The notes beneath the pieces were generated by a model. That model made no database searches and was not told the DNA's origin. It saw only the letters and a list, made by a program, of their open reading frames with translations. A DNA stretch of 64,000 nt from an uncultured delta proteobacterium (lineage in GTDB: Bacteria; Myxococcota_A; Polyangia; Polyangiales; JAFGIB01). Location: assembly GCA_963778655.1 (NCBI GenBank), contig CAVZVA010000010.1, forward strand, positions 256,001-320,000, read 5' to 3'. Below are positions 37,311-48,128 of the stretch, piece by piece; position 1 is the stretch's first letter; the number at the start of each line of letters is the position of its first letter. Position numbers and translations under genes: made by a program.

Positions 37311-38798
37311 TCACACGCGCTCGAGCGTCTGTTCGATCGCCTCGCACAGCGTGCGAAGCACCTTGATCCGCGCGAAGTACTTGTTGTTGGCCTCGACCAG
37401 CGTCCAGGGCGCCACGTCGGTCGAGGTGCGCTCCACCATGTCGCAGACCGCGCGCTCGTAGGCGCCCCACTTCTTGCGGTTGCGCCAGTCCTCCTGCGTG
37501 ATCTTGAACTGCTTGAAGCTGACCTTCTCGCGCTGCTCGAAGCGTCGCAGCTGCTCGTCGCGGTCGAGCGCGAGCCACAGCTTGGCGACCACCACGTGGC
37601 TCTGGGCGAGCTGGGCTTCGAAGTCGTTGATCTCCGAGTACGCGCGCTCCCAGTCCGCGTCGGGGCACAGCCTCTCCACGCGCTCCACCAGCACGCGCCC
37701 GTACCACGAGCGATCGAACAGCGCCAAGCGCCCCAGCCGCGGCACGTGTCGCCAGAAGCGCCACAGGTACGGCTGCGCGCGTTCCTCCTCGCTCGGCGCC
37801 GCGATCGGAATCACCTGGTACTGGCGGGCGTCGAGCGCTGCCGTTACGCGGCGGATCGCGCCGCCCTTGCCGGCGGCGTCGTTGCCCTCGAACACGGCGG
37901 TCACGGCGATCCGCCGGAACCTCTTGTCGCGCGAGAGCAGGTTGAGCCGGCCCTGCCAGTGCTCGAGCTCCTTGTCGTAGCGCTTGCGGCTGAGCGGCTG
38001 GTCGAGCTTGAGCGCGCGTAGCACGTCGAGATTGTCGAGCGGCGACAGCAGCGGCGGGGTACGGTCGGGCGGCTTGCCCGAGGGGCGGTCGTCCAGGCGC
38101 TCCCGCATCGCAGCCAGCAGCTGCCGGCCCACGGTCAGGCTGCGGTAGCGCGGATCGGCGCCGGGCACGACCAGCCACGGCGCCTCGGCGGTGGAAGTGC
38201 GGCGGATGAAGTGCTCCGACACGCGCCGGAAGTCGTCGTAGCGCTCGAAGCGCTCCCAGTCCTGCGGTGTCACCCGCCAGCGCGTGTCGGAGTCCTTCTC
38301 CAGGCTCTTGAGCCGCTTGCGTTGCTGGGGCTTGGACAGGTGAAACCACAGCTTGAGCAGCAGCACGCCCTCGGCCGTCAACATCTGCTCGAAGCGCACC
38401 ACCTCGGCGATCGCCGCGTCGAGCTCGGCCTTGCTGGCCTGCTTCATCACCCGGTTCACGATCGGGTCGGTATGCCAAGCGCCGAACAGGATGCCGATCG
38501 TGCCCTTGGGCGGCAGCGCGCGCCAGAAGCGCCACATCCGGGGCCGCTCGCGCTCCTCGTCCGAGGGCGGCGGGAAGGCGGTGGTGCGGATGTGCCGCGG
38601 GTCCATCCACGCATTGAGCAGATTCACCGTCTCGCCCTTGCCGGCGCCGTCAACGCCGCCGATGACGAGCAGCACCGGAAACTCGGAGCGCGCGCGCAGC
38701 TCGCTCTGCACAGCGAGCAGGGCCGCGCGCAGCTTGGGCTCGGCCCTGTGGTAGTGCGCCTTGTCGATGCGATGCGCCAGATCGGCCGATTCGAACAT
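37311..38798 (-). CDS. pap: Polyphosphate:AMP phosphotransferase (two-domain PPK2)
   Basis: Two PPK2 domains with GVDGAGKG and EGNDAAGKGG Walker A motifs; FDRSWYGRVLVE; MFESA N-terminus; GGAGG RBS. Confidence 0.94.
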   Translation of the reverse strand: MFESADLAHRIDKAHYHRAEPKLRAALLAVQSELRARSEFPVLLVIGGVDGAGKGETVNLLNAWMDPRHIRTTAFPPPSDEERERPRMWRFWRALPPKGTIGILFGAWHTDPIVNRVMKQASKAELDAAIAEVVRFEQMLTAEGVLLLKLWFHLSKPQQRKRLKSLEKDSDTRWRVTPQDWERFERYDDFRRVSEHFIRRTSTAEAPWLVVPGADPRYRSLTVGRQLLAAMRERLDDRPSGKPPDRTPPLLSPLDNLDVLRALKLDQPLSRKRYDKELEHWQGRLNLLSRDKRFRRIAVTAVFEGNDAAGKGGAIRRVTAALDARQYQVIPIAAPSEEERAQPYLWRFWRHVPRLGRLALFDRSWYGRVLVERVERLCPDADWERAYSEINDFEAQLAQSHVVVAKLWLALDRDEQLRRFEQREKVSFKQFKITQEDWRNRKKWGAYERAVCDMVERTSTDVAPWTLVEANNKYFARIKVLRTLCEAIEQTLERV

Positions 38799-38924
38799 GC
38801 CCGCAAGCCTCCGCGCCGCGCGCCTGCGAGCGTAGCACGGCCGCTCCCCGCCTCCGGCGCCGATTCCCGGCGGCCCCGACGCCCGGGCGGCCCGATCGCC
38901 GCGACGCGAGCGGGGAACGGGCGG

Positions 38925-40685
38925 CTACCAGCCGCGGTGCGTCGAGGGGGGCAGCAGCAGCATGAAGTGGCCGGTGGCGTCGGCCACGGTCTTGCCGACC
39001 TGGATCGCACGCACGCCGTCGGCCTGCACGTCGATCACGGCGTAGGCGTCGATCTGCGCGCCGCTCAAGCTGGCGCTGCCTCCGCTGCCGCCGCGCGCCA
39101 ACGCGAGTGTGCCGTCGAGCGGCACCGGCGAGAGCATGTCGATCACGGTCGCGAACTCGACCCCGCGCGCGCCGATGTCCACGTCGTGGCGCACCTGCCA
39201 GGGGAAGCCGCTATCCGGAGGCGGGCGGATCACCACGTCGTAGCTGCCCAGGTCCACCGGCAGCTTGAACTCGCCGGTGGCGGTGGTGCTGGTCTGCTGC
39301 GAGCGGTTGTAGCGGGTGACGCTGTGGTCGCCCATCGACAGCTCGATGTCGCCGCTGCGGCCGAGCGCCGCCGCTTCCACCGTGGCGCCCTGCAGCGGCG
39401 CCAGGTCCGTGGTCTGCAGCGTGCCCTTGAGGTAGGCGGGCGAGGGCAGCTCGAGCAGCGCGCCGCTCGCGTCCATGCCGTCCGGCCCCTGGATCAGCCG
39501 CTCCTCGGCGAAGAGCGCGCAGCGCACGCTCGACGGCGGCGTGACCAGCACGTCGTAGTCGCCCGGCATCACCAGCACACAGAAGCGAAGTTGCCCGCTC
39601 TGCTGGTCGTAGCTCGCGTCGGTGGTGGCGTCGAAGGACGCGCTCACGGGTCCCGCCGAGTCGAGCAGCAGCGAGCGCGAGTGCAGCGTGACGGGCAGCT
39701 TGCTCAGGTCCGAGCCGTCGCCGCCCTGCTCCTTGCACAGGTCCACCGAGCCTTCGTAGCGAATGCGCTGCGGAGTCTGCGGCAGCGCGATGTGCGTGAC
39801 GCCGTTGGTGGCTGGCGGCAGCTCGGCCTGCGCGACGCTGAACACCGGAATTACCGGCGTGTCGCCATCGCAAGCGCCGCCGCTGGAGCTCGTGCTCAGG
39901 GCCTGCGCGGCGTCGTAGCTCTCCATCGCGCGGAGCTCGAGACGCGCGTCGGGCGGATCGGGCCCGAACGTCAGCGTGGCCGTGCCGTCCTTGCCCACCA
40001 TCGCAGTCGACGAGATGCGCTCGCCGCTGGCGCGATCGAAAGCGGTCAGCGTCAGCGGGCGATCGAGCGAGACGCCGTCGACGGAGAACACCTGCTGCTG
40101 GGTCTGCAGCGTCTCGTAGTCGACCTCGGGCGAGGGGTCTGCGCCCGCCGTGAAGGTGGTGTGATAGGGCGGCAGCGTGCCGCTGGTCGGCAACACCAGC
40201 ATCCGATACTGGACACCTGAGAGCAGCTGGACCGCGTAGTCGTTCCCGTCGCTGGTGCTGCCGCTGCTGACCGCCACGCTGACCGCGCTCGGTCGAATGC
40301 CCGCCACCCCGGCCGCCGGCGTAAAGCTGAGCTGCGCGTCGACCACGTTGCCGCCGCTGCGCACGGTGCCGCGCACGCTGGTGCGCGCGGGCAGGGTGAA
40401 GGTGCGCGTGTCGGCGCCCTTGAGCGTGAACGAATCGAGCGTGACCGGCAACGGATCGCTGCCGTCGGAGAGCCGCTGCGGGGTGACCTGCAGGGCGATC
40501 GTCAGCGGCACGTCGGCCTTGCGCGCCACGCACAGGCCCTGCTGGCAGTCGCTGCCCGCCGCGCAGTCGCTGCTCACGCTGCAGGTGTTGAGCGTGCCCG
40601 TGCCGGAGGCGTTTTTGCCCTGGAAGCTGCAGCCCCCCACCAGGACCAGCAGCACGAGCGACCCGCGTGGACGACCGCCGCCCAT
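38925..40685 (-). CDS. Lipoprotein with Cys-rich N-terminal module and beta-sandwich (carboxypeptidase-regulatory-like) repeats
   Basis: Lipobox VGGC; CSVSSDCAAGSDCQQGLC; PGDYDVLVTPP and LGSYDVVIRPP repeats. Confidence 0.75.
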   Translation of the reverse strand: MGGGRPRGSLVLLVLVGGCSFQGKNASGTGTLNTCSVSSDCAAGSDCQQGLCVARKADVPLTIALQVTPQRLSDGSDPLPVTLDSFTLKGADTRTFTLPARTSVRGTVRSGGNVVDAQLSFTPAAGVAGIRPSAVSVAVSSGSTSDGNDYAVQLLSGVQYRMLVLPTSGTLPPYHTTFTAGADPSPEVDYETLQTQQQVFSVDGVSLDRPLTLTAFDRASGERISSTAMVGKDGTATLTFGPDPPDARLELRAMESYDAAQALSTSSSGGACDGDTPVIPVFSVAQAELPPATNGVTHIALPQTPQRIRYEGSVDLCKEQGGDGSDLSKLPVTLHSRSLLLDSAGPVSASFDATTDASYDQQSGQLRFCVLVMPGDYDVLVTPPSSVRCALFAEERLIQGPDGMDASGALLELPSPAYLKGTLQTTDLAPLQGATVEAAALGRSGDIELSMGDHSVTRYNRSQQTSTTATGEFKLPVDLGSYDVVIRPPPDSGFPWQVRHDVDIGARGVEFATVIDMLSPVPLDGTLALARGGSGGSASLSGAQIDAYAVIDVQADGVRAIQVGKTVADATGHFMLLLPPSTHRGW

Positions 40686-40686
40686 G

Positions 40687-41400
40687 CTATGGCCCCATCG
40701 CCGAGCTCGTCGTGGTCGCCGCCATCGACGGGGTCAACAGCTTCGCTTGGCAACTCGCGAGCAGGCGCGCGCTGTCACCCGTGGCCGGATCGCACTTGCC
40801 CTCCCACACCCACCACGACGCTTCGGCCAGGTCGTCGATGTTAGAAGGGAAATCGAAGTAGCGGGGGTCGTCGAAGCGGGGGTCGGTGTGATCGAAGAAG
40901 CTCCCGCTGACCGCCAGCTGCAGGTGATGGCACTTGCCCTCCTGCAGCGTGTCGCTCTGGACTTTGAAGGTGAAGTCGCGCCCGAGCTGGCCGACCGCCG
41001 GCAGCGGAACCATGTCCTTCTCGAACGGGGGCGTGGGGTCATTATCGCCGACCACGCGCCAGTGGGCCCACAGCTCTTGCTGTGGATTCTGGTCGCGCAC
41101 CTTGACCGTGAGCGACCACTCCGGCGTGGCGGGCTTGTCGATGCAGAAGATGGCGCCGATTTTGGGCGTCTGCGTGCCCGGCTCGTCGAGGATTGTCGGC
41201 GGGATGTCGGGGTCTACCGGGAACACGATCTTGTCGGTGACCAGGCAGCCGCCGCAGCACAACGCCAGCAGCCCGGCCACCACCGTCCAGAGCCAAGGCG
41301 AAGCAAGTCCTGCGCCAGCTCCGGCACAGCATCGCAAGATCTTGGAATTGCGTGGCTTTTTTTTCTGCTCGCGGTGCGGGCCGAAGGCGTGGCGTGACAT
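40687..41400 (-). CDS. Hypothetical lipoprotein
   Basis: Lipobox CGGC-LVTD; stop abuts the next start (operon); start uncertain. Confidence 0.7.
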   Translation of the reverse strand: MSRHAFGPHREQKKKPRNSKILRCCAGAGAGLASPWLWTVVAGLLALCCGGCLVTDKIVFPVDPDIPPTILDEPGTQTPKIGAIFCIDKPATPEWSLTVKVRDQNPQQELWAHWRVVGDNDPTPPFEKDMVPLPAVGQLGRDFTFKVQSDTLQEGKCHHLQLAVSGSFFDHTDPRFDDPRYFDFPSNIDDLAEASWWVWEGKCDPATGDSARLLASCQAKLLTPSMAATTTSSAMGP

Positions 41401-41446
41401 CGATGTCAGCATTCCGCAGCGCCGATCAGGGGTTCGCAGGGTGGGC

Positions 41447-43249
41447 TCAGTTGACCTTGGTCGGCTTGACGCTGGGCTCGCGCTCCAGATAGCGAAAGAT
41501 CGTGCGCGGGTCGACGCCCAAATCCTGGGCCGTCTTGGTCCGGTTGCCATTGTTGCGCTCGAGCACCTCGAGGATGTAGCGGCGCTGGAAGTCCTCGCGC
41601 GCCTGCGCGAGCGTCGTGATCGGCGAGCTGGCCTCAGGCAGCATGTCGAGATCCTCGACGCCGATCAGCGTCTTGTCGCACATCACGATCGCCTTCTTGA
41701 TGCGGTTCTCGAGCTGCCGCACGTTGCCCGGCCAGTCGTACTTGCGGATCGCGATCAAGGCGTTGGGCGTGAAGCCCTTGACTTTGCTGCCGTACTCCTC
41801 GCTGAGCTTGGCGAGCAGATATTTCGCCAGCACCAGCACGTCATCGCCGCGATCGCGCAGCGGTGGCAGGTGGATGTTGATCACGTTGAGCCGATAGAAC
41901 AGGTCCTCGCGGAAGGCGCCGCGCTTCATCTCCTGCTCGAGGTCGCGGTTGGTGGCCGCCACGATGCGGATGTCGACGTGCTCGGACTTGGTGTCGCCGA
42001 CCTTCATCACCACCTTTTCCTGCAGCGCGCGCAGCAGCTTGACCTGCAGCGCCAGCGGCAGCTCACCCACCTCGTCCAGGAACAGCGTGCCGCCGTGGGC
42101 CTGCTGGAACTTGCCCGGGCGGGTGGCGACCGCACCGGTGAAGGCGCCGCGCACGTGCCCGAACAGCTCCGACTCGATCAGGTTCTCGGGGATCGCGCCG
42201 CAGTTGACCACCACGAAGGGCTCGTCCTTGCGCGGGCTGCCCTGGTGCAGGGCGCGGGCGATCAGCTCCTTGCCGGTGCCGGTCTCGCCGGTGACGAGCA
42301 CGCTGATGTCGGCCCCAGACACCTTTTCCACCGTGCGAAACACCTCGCGCATCGAGGGGCACGCGCCGATGATGTCGCCGAAGCGGTTGGCCTCGAGCTG
42401 CTGCTTGAGCGCGTCGAAGTCGCTCTTGATGCTGTCGACCAGCAAGGCGTTCTGCAGGATCAGTGAGGCCTGACCGGCGAAGATCGACAGCACGTCGAGC
42501 GAGCTCTCCTCGAACAGATTGACCACGTTGTCGTTGCCCACGTACAGAATGCCGAGCAGCTCGCCCTGAGCCATCAGAGGCGCGCACATCACCGAGCACA
42601 GCTTGAGGTTCATCACGCTCTCGCTGGTCTTGAACTGCTCGTCGTGCAGCGCGTCACTGACGATCAACGGACGCCGGGTCTGCATCACGCGCTGCAGCAC
42701 GCTGTCGGAGAGGTGGCGCACGCCGTTGGGCAGGTTCTGCTGATTGAGGTTGCGCGCCACGGCCACACGCGGGTCGCCCTCGTCGACCAAGATCAAGAAG
42801 CCCTTGTCGGCGCTGGTCACCTCGATCACCGAGTCCATCAGCTCTTCGAGCAGACCCGAGACACTCTTGACCTCCATCAGCCGCTGGCTGAACTCGTAGA
42901 GCTTGCGCAGGCCTCCGATCTCGGTGGCGGCCTCGCCGCCGGGAGGCTCGACCGCAGCCTCGTCGTAGAGCGAAAAGGTCAGCTCGACCTCGCCCAGCGT
43001 CAGCCGATCGTTGTGGATCAGCTTGCTGCGGCGCTTCTTCTTGCCGTTGACCAGGATCTTGCCCTGGGTGTCGACCTCGGAGAGGTTGAAGTCGCGTCCG
43101 TCGAAGATCACCTGCGCGTGGTAGTCGGCCAGGCCCGCGTTTTCGATCGCGACGTCGTTGCCGCCTGCGCTGCCGATCGAGGTGATTTTCTTGAAGATCG
43201 GAAACGCGCGCGGCTTTCCCACCGGAGCCGACCACTTCAGACAGGGCAT
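41447..43249 (-). CDS. Sigma54-dependent enhancer-binding protein (FHA-like, GAF, AAA+, Fis-HTH)
   Basis: [49 protein letters not shown]-terminal HTH; degenerate FHA then GAF at the N-terminus. Confidence 0.95.
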   Translation of the reverse strand: MPCLKWSAPVGKPRAFPIFKKITSIGSAGGNDVAIENAGLADYHAQVIFDGRDFNLSEVDTQGKILVNGKKKRRSKLIHNDRLTLGEVELTFSLYDEAAVEPPGGEAATEIGGLRKLYEFSQRLMEVKSVSGLLEELMDSVIEVTSADKGFLILVDEGDPRVAVARNLNQQNLPNGVRHLSDSVLQRVMQTRRPLIVSDALHDEQFKTSESVMNLKLCSVMCAPLMAQGELLGILYVGNDNVVNLFEESSLDVLSIFAGQASLILQNALLVDSIKSDFDALKQQLEANRFGDIIGACPSMREVFRTVEKVSGADISVLVTGETGTGKELIARALHQGSPRKDEPFVVVNCGAIPENLIESELFGHVRGAFTGAVATRPGKFQQAHGGTLFLDEVGELPLALQVKLLRALQEKVVMKVGDTKSEHVDIRIVAATNRDLEQEMKRGAFREDLFYRLNVINIHLPPLRDRGDDVLVLAKYLLAKLSEEYGSKVKGFTPNALIAIRKYDWPGNVRQLENRIKKAIVMCDKTLIGVEDLDMLPEASSPITTLAQAREDFQRRYILEVLERNNGNRTKTAQDLGVDPRTIFRYLEREPSVKPTKVN

Positions 43250-43261
43250 GGCGGCCAGTCT

Positions 43262-43277
43262 AGCAGAAGCCGTGCCA
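43262..43277 (-). promoter_or_regulatory. Candidate sigma54 (-24/-12) promoter upstream of the EBP gene
   Basis: Minus strand TGGCAC-GGCTT-CTGCT with exact GG-N10-GC spacing. Confidence 0.6.
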
Positions 43278-43444
43278 AAATCCTCGAACCCGCGGAGGCC
43301 GCGGCACAAGCTGGGATGTCACTGGAAGTTGCCCTCGCCGGTAAGCATCGCGCCGGCAATGCTCGAAGCGGCGGCGGGTCAGCCCGCCCGAGCACGATCG
43401 CGCGCCGCCGCCGCGCACGGCAGCGGCGCCCGGATCGCATCCTC

Positions 43445-46400
43445 TCAGCTGCAGCCCATGCTCGAGCCGCAGTTCAGGCACTTGTAGCAGGCACCGTTGC
43501 GCACGGTGATGTGGCCGCAGTTGTCGCACATCGGCGCATCGCCCATCATCTCGCCCAGCTGCTCGTCGAGCGAGTTGGTGCCCGCAACCTGCTCGAACAG
43601 GCCGCGCTGGGCGTCGTGGTCGGGCGGCGGCAGCACCAAGTTCCTGGCGGCTTGCTCCGCGTGCTTGGCGGCGCTCACATCGGTCGGGTTCGAGATCTCT
43701 TCCCGCAGCTCGTCGGGCGGCACGTGCGCCAGATCGTAGCGCCGCAGGTACTCGACCCCGAGCACGCGGAAGATGTAGTCGATCATGGAGGTCGCGAACT
43801 TGATGTTCGGGTGACCCATGACCGGCCCCTGCGGCTCGAAGCGGGTGAAGGTGAACTGCTCGACGTAGGACTCGAGCGGCACCCCGTGCTGCAACCCCAT
43901 CGACACGCTGATCGCGAAGCAGTTCATCAGCGAGCGGAAGGCGGCGCCCTCCTTGTGCATGTCGATGAAGATCTCGCCGAGCGAGCCGTCGTCGTACTCG
44001 CCGGTGCGCAGGAACACCTTGTGTCCGGCGACGCTCGCCTCCTGGGTGAAACCGCGGCGCTTCTTGGGCAGCCGGTGGCGCACCGATTCCGGCGGCCGCG
44101 CGCCTTCCTCCACGTGCGGCGCGCGCATCGACGGCGTGCTCCTGAGCACCTGCGCGGGCGCCTCGCCCTCGCCCAGGGCCTCGGGTTCCTCCTCGTTGGA
44201 CTTATCGCGATCGCTGGTCGAAAGCGGTTGCGAGGACTTGCACCCATCGCGATACAACGCCACCGCCTTCAGGCCGAGCTTCCAGCCCTGCAGGTAGATG
44301 TTCGCGATGTCGTCGACGCTGGCCTCGTTGGGCAGATTGACCGTCTTGGAGATGGCGCCCGACAGAAACGGTTGCGCCGCCGCCATCATCTTGACGTGCG
44401 CCATCGGCGCCAGGAAGCGCTCGCCGATGGTGCCGCAGCGGTTGGCGCAGTCGAACACCGGCAGGTGCTCTTCCTTCAGGTGCGGCGCGCCCTCGACCGT
44501 CATGCGGCCGATGATCCAGTCGTTGACCTCGTCGACCTCCTTCTTGGTGAGACCGAGCTTGGTGAGCAGGTTGAAGCCGGGCTTCTCGTATTCCTGCCTG
44601 GCGATCCCCAGCCGCTCGTAGGCCTCGCTGCCGAGCACCCAGGGCGCCAGCGCCTGCGCGACATTGAACACGCCGGGCAGCACCTTCTCCGAGCGCTCGA
44701 TCTCCGCGGCCTGCAAGCCGTGCTTGAGTAGGAACTGGCGCGAGGCGTGCGGCGCGCCGGCGAAGGTGTTGGTGCCGCTCACATACGAGACGATCTCGCG
44801 GATCTGGGCCTCGCTGTAGCGCAGGCGTCGAAGCGCGTCCGGCACGCACTGGTTGACGATCTTGAAGTAGCCGCCGCCCGCCAGCTTCTTGAACTTCACC
44901 AGCGAGAAGTCCGGCTCGATGCCCGTGGTATCGCAGTCCATCAACAGGCCGATGGTGCCGGTGGGCGCTAGCACGCTCGCCTGTGCGTTGCGGTACCCGT
45001 GCCGCTCGCCCATCGCTAGCGCGTCGTTCCACGCCTGCTGCGCCGCCTCCAGCAGCTCCGCCGGCATGCGCTGCATGCGCCCGTCCTCGAAGCCGGCGCG
45101 CTCGCCGATCTGCTGCACGGCGTCGCGGTGCTTGCGCATCACGCGCAGCATCGGCTGCTCGTTCTTGGCATAGCCCGGGAAGGGGCCCTTGGCCTTGGCG
45201 ATCTCGGCACTGCTCCGATACGCCTCGCCGGTCATGATCGCGGTCAGCGCCCCGCAATAGGCGCGGCCCTCCGCGCTGTCGTAGGGAATGCCGAGCCGCA
45301 TCAGCAGGGTGCCCAGGTTGGCGTAGCCCAAGCCGAGCGGGCGGTAGTCGTGGCTGTTTTGCGCGATCGACTCGGTCGGATAGCTCGAGTAGTCGACCAG
45401 GATCTCCTGGGCCTGGATCAGAATGCGGATGGTGTGGCGGTATGCCTCGACGTCGAAGTTGCCGTCCGCGTCGAGATACTTGGTCAAGTTGATCGACGCC
45501 AGGTTGCAGGCCGAGTCGTCGAGAAACATGTACTCGGAGCACGGGTTGCTGGCGTTGATGCGGTCGGTGTTGGCGCTGGTGTGCCAGTCGTTGATCGTGC
45601 TGTCGTACTGCATGCCCGGGTCGGCGCAGGCCCAGGCGCTCTCGCAGATCATCTGCCACAGCTCGCGCGCCCTGTAGGTCGCGCTCACCTTGCCGGAGGT
45701 GCGGAAATACGTGCGCCACTCCCCGTCTTGCTCCACCGCACGCATGAAAGCGTCGGTGACGCGCACCGAGTTGTTCGAGTTCTGGCCGGAGATGGTGTGG
45801 TAGGCGTCGCCGTTGAAGTCGGAGCTGTAGCCCGATGAGATCAGCGCCTGCGCCTTCTTCTCCTCCTTCATCTTCCACTGGATGAAGTCGACGATCTCCG
45901 GGTGGTCCATGTCGAGGCAGACCATCTTGGCGGCGCGCCGCGTGGTGCCACCGCTCTTGGTCGCGCCGGCAGCGCGGTCGAGCACCTCGAGAAAGCTCAT
46001 CAACCCCGACGAGGTGCCGCCGCCCGAGAGCTTCTCCTGGTGGCCGCGGATCGAGCTGAAGTTGCTGCCGGTGCCGGAGCCGTACTTGAACAGGCGCGCC
46101 TCGTTCTTGACGAGATCGTAGATGCTCATCAGGTCGTCCTGGACCTTCTGGATGAAGCAGGCCGAGCACTGCGGGTGCTCGTAGGCGGTGCGCGTCTCCA
46201 CGATACGGCCGGCGTCGGGCGACCAGGCGTAGTTGCCCCCGCTGCCGTCGATGCCGTAGCGCTGGTAGAGACCGCAGTTGAACCACACCGGCGAGTTGAA
46301 CGCGGCGTGCTGGTTGACGAGGATGTAGCTGAGCTCGGCTTCGAAGCTCTCGGCGTCGGCGACCGACGCGAAGTAGCCGCCCAGGCGCTCGCCCGCCTCT

Positions 46401-46765
46401 CGGATCGAGTGCGCCACGCGATAGACGAGCTCTTTGACGCTGCGCTCGCCGCGCGCGGGGTCGCCGTTGATGCCGGCCTTGCGGAAGTACTTGGAGGCAG
46501 CGATGTCGGTGGCGAGCTGCGACCAGGCCGCCGGGACCTCGGCGTTGCGCAGCTCGAACACGATCGAGCCGTCCGAATTGGTGATCACGCAGTCGCGTGT
46601 CGCGTACTCGATGACGTCCAGCGGGTTGACGCCGGGCCGCGTAAACCGCCGACTAAATTCCAGGCCCTTCGGTTTGACCGTGTTCGCCGCATTTTGCGAG
46701 CTCGATCTGGGCAAGTTGATAACCGCCGCGCCCGTTTCCGCCTCTACCTGAGTTTGTACGCTCAC
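43445..46765 (-). CDS. nrdJ: Adenosylcobalamin-dependent (class II) ribonucleotide reductase
   Basis: FNSPVWFN, QCSACF, NASNPCSE (thiyl Cys), LAPTGTI, GAISKTVN, YRDGCK; C-terminal domain and CDNC..CLNC..GCS; GGGAGG RBS. Confidence 0.97.
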   Translation of the reverse strand: MSVQTQVEAETGAAVINLPRSSSQNAANTVKPKGLEFSRRFTRPGVNPLDVIEYATRDCVITNSDGSIVFELRNAEVPAAWSQLATDIAASKYFRKAGINGDPARGERSVKELVYRVAHSIREAGERLGGYFASVADAESFEAELSYILVNQHAAFNSPVWFNCGLYQRYGIDGSGGNYAWSPDAGRIVETRTAYEHPQCSACFIQKVQDDLMSIYDLVKNEARLFKYGSGTGSNFSSIRGHQEKLSGGGTSSGLMSFLEVLDRAAGATKSGGTTRRAAKMVCLDMDHPEIVDFIQWKMKEEKKAQALISSGYSSDFNGDAYHTISGQNSNNSVRVTDAFMRAVEQDGEWRTYFRTSGKVSATYRARELWQMICESAWACADPGMQYDSTINDWHTSANTDRINASNPCSEYMFLDDSACNLASINLTKYLDADGNFDVEAYRHTIRILIQAQEILVDYSSYPTESIAQNSHDYRPLGLGYANLGTLLMRLGIPYDSAEGRAYCGALTAIMTGEAYRSSAEIAKAKGPFPGYAKNEQPMLRVMRKHRDAVQQIGERAGFEDGRMQRMPAELLEAAQQAWNDALAMGERHGYRNAQASVLAPTGTIGLLMDCDTTGIEPDFSLVKFKKLAGGGYFKIVNQCVPDALRRLRYSEAQIREIVSYVSGTNTFAGAPHASRQFLLKHGLQAAEIERSEKVLPGVFNVAQALAPWVLGSEAYERLGIARQEYEKPGFNLLTKLGLTKKEVDEVNDWIIGRMTVEGAPHLKEEHLPVFDCANRCGTIGERFLAPMAHVKMMAAAQPFLSGAISKTVNLPNEASVDDIANIYLQGWKLGLKAVALYRDGCKSSQPLSTSDRDKSNEEEPEALGEGEAPAQVLRSTPSMRAPHVEEGARPPESVRHRLPKKRRGFTQEASVAGHKVFLRTGEYDDGSLGEIFIDMHKEGAAFRSLMNCFAISVSMGLQHGVPLESYVEQFTFTRFEPQGPVMGHPNIKFATSMIDYIFRVLGVEYLRRYDLAHVPPDELREEISNPTDVSAAKHAEQAARNLVLPPPDHDAQRGLFEQVAGTNSLDEQLGEMMGDAPMCDNCGHITVRNGACYKCLNCGSSMGCS

Positions 46766-46858
46766 TTAGAACCTCCCGCCATCTCGAGTCGGGTCCCGTG
46801 GTCCACGGTCCGTCCCCCGTTAATTCACGCCCTGTCCAGCCGCCAGTACGCCACTTAC

Positions 46859-46906
46859 CCACAATATGTAGTGAAGAGTGACCCTGATCACTACAAGTTG
46901 TTGTGG
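46859..46906. promoter_or_regulatory. Tandem NrdR boxes upstream of nrdJ
   Basis: CCACAATATGTAGTGA (46859-46874) and CTACAAGTTGTTGTGG (46891-46906), 32 bp apart, matching acaCwAtATaTwGtgt. Confidence 0.85.
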
Positions 46907-47393
46907 GTAGAGCCGTTCTTAAGGCTCTCGCCATCGTCCCGTCAACAAAAAAGCAGGCGCCTGATCAATGAAGCGCGGACGCCCTGATCGACGTGAACGA
47001 AGTGCACGGCCCGGCCTTGACATTCCCCGAGATGCTGGCCCGCCCCCGAGCCCCCGTGTGCCCCCAGCAATCCCAGCTACAAGCCGTGACGTGACACATA
47101 GTGCTAGCGTGAACAGACTAGCAGCCCCACGTTTGCGCGCAAGCCCTGCACACCGGGCTTTTCGCCCCGCGGTTCCGGCCCTGGCCACGACGCGGCTCGT
47201 CCCCGTTGCGGGACGCTTCAGGGATGGGAAGCCGCGCCCGCGAGCGCGCGCCGCAGCCGCGACCGGGGTCGCCCGAGTCGCGCAGATCGGCGCGGACGGA
47301 TCCGTCCGGCCGCCGGGCCGCGTGCCGCCCCGATCGCGCGCGACGGATCCGTCTCCGCCGCGCGCGCGTCGTGGCGATCTGCGCGCGCGCCGC

Positions 47394-47966
47394 TCAGTCG
47401 CCCTCGGGCACCAACCCGAACTGCATGCGCAGCCCGCCGGTCGAGCTCAGCTTGGCGATCAGCCGCTGGCCGCCCTGATCGTACTCCGCGTCGTGTAGCT
47501 CGAAGCCGGAGCACAGACCGCCCTTGAGCTTGTACGCCTTGTTGGGCCCGTCGCAGAAGCTGCCGACCTCCATCGCGACCACGAGCTTCATGCCCGACTT
47601 GCTGGGATCGTGCTTCATGCTGAGCGCCAGCACGATCGGCTTGCCCGAGGTGTTGAACGCGCCGGTGAAATCGACCGCCGGACCGATCGGCCTGAACTTC
47701 GCGTGCACCAGCTTCGCCGGCAGGGCGCGCGCCCGCTGCAGGGTCACCAGCCGAGAGCGCCCGACCGGAAGCCCCTTGGGAAAGGTCAGCGTGAGACCGC
47801 CGCCGATGTCGAAGATCGCGCCCGTGTCCATGTTGATGGCCTCGGTCACCTTGCCCCTGCCGGTGAAGGTCGGCATCGGCGCGGGCGCATCCTTCTGCGC
47901 GTGCAGGACCGGCGTGGCGCAGACCAACGCCGCCGTCATCAGGGTTGCTAGCTTCGAGCGCGACAT
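47394..47966 (-). CDS. Exported hypothetical protein
   Basis: GAGGAGG RBS; signal peptide ending LHA; GC3-biased codon usage; two Cys in the mature part. Confidence 0.8.
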   Translation of the reverse strand: MSRSKLATLMTAALVCATPVLHAQKDAPAPMPTFTGRGKVTEAINMDTGAIFDIGGGLTLTFPKGLPVGRSRLVTLQRARALPAKLVHAKFRPIGPAVDFTGAFNTSGKPIVLALSMKHDPSKSGMKLVVAMEVGSFCDGPNKAYKLKGGLCSGFELHDAEYDQGGQRLIAKLSSTGGLRMQFGLVPEGD

Positions 47967-48128
47967 GACACCTCCTCGGATCGACGCACCTGGGGTAGGA
48001 GTACAACGCCGCCGCGTGCGGCTCTATTCAGCCGGGCCGCTGGCGCGCGCGTAGGAGCGCGGGGGCGACGCCATTGTCCGGGGGCGCGCGGCCCCAATCA
48101 ACCCGTACCAGGAGGGGGCCGTGGGTGG

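Noticed and set aside
43445..46765. Intein or intron in nrdJ
   Set aside because: Continuous RNR motifs, length explained by the C-terminal domain, no intein or LAGLIDADG motifs seen
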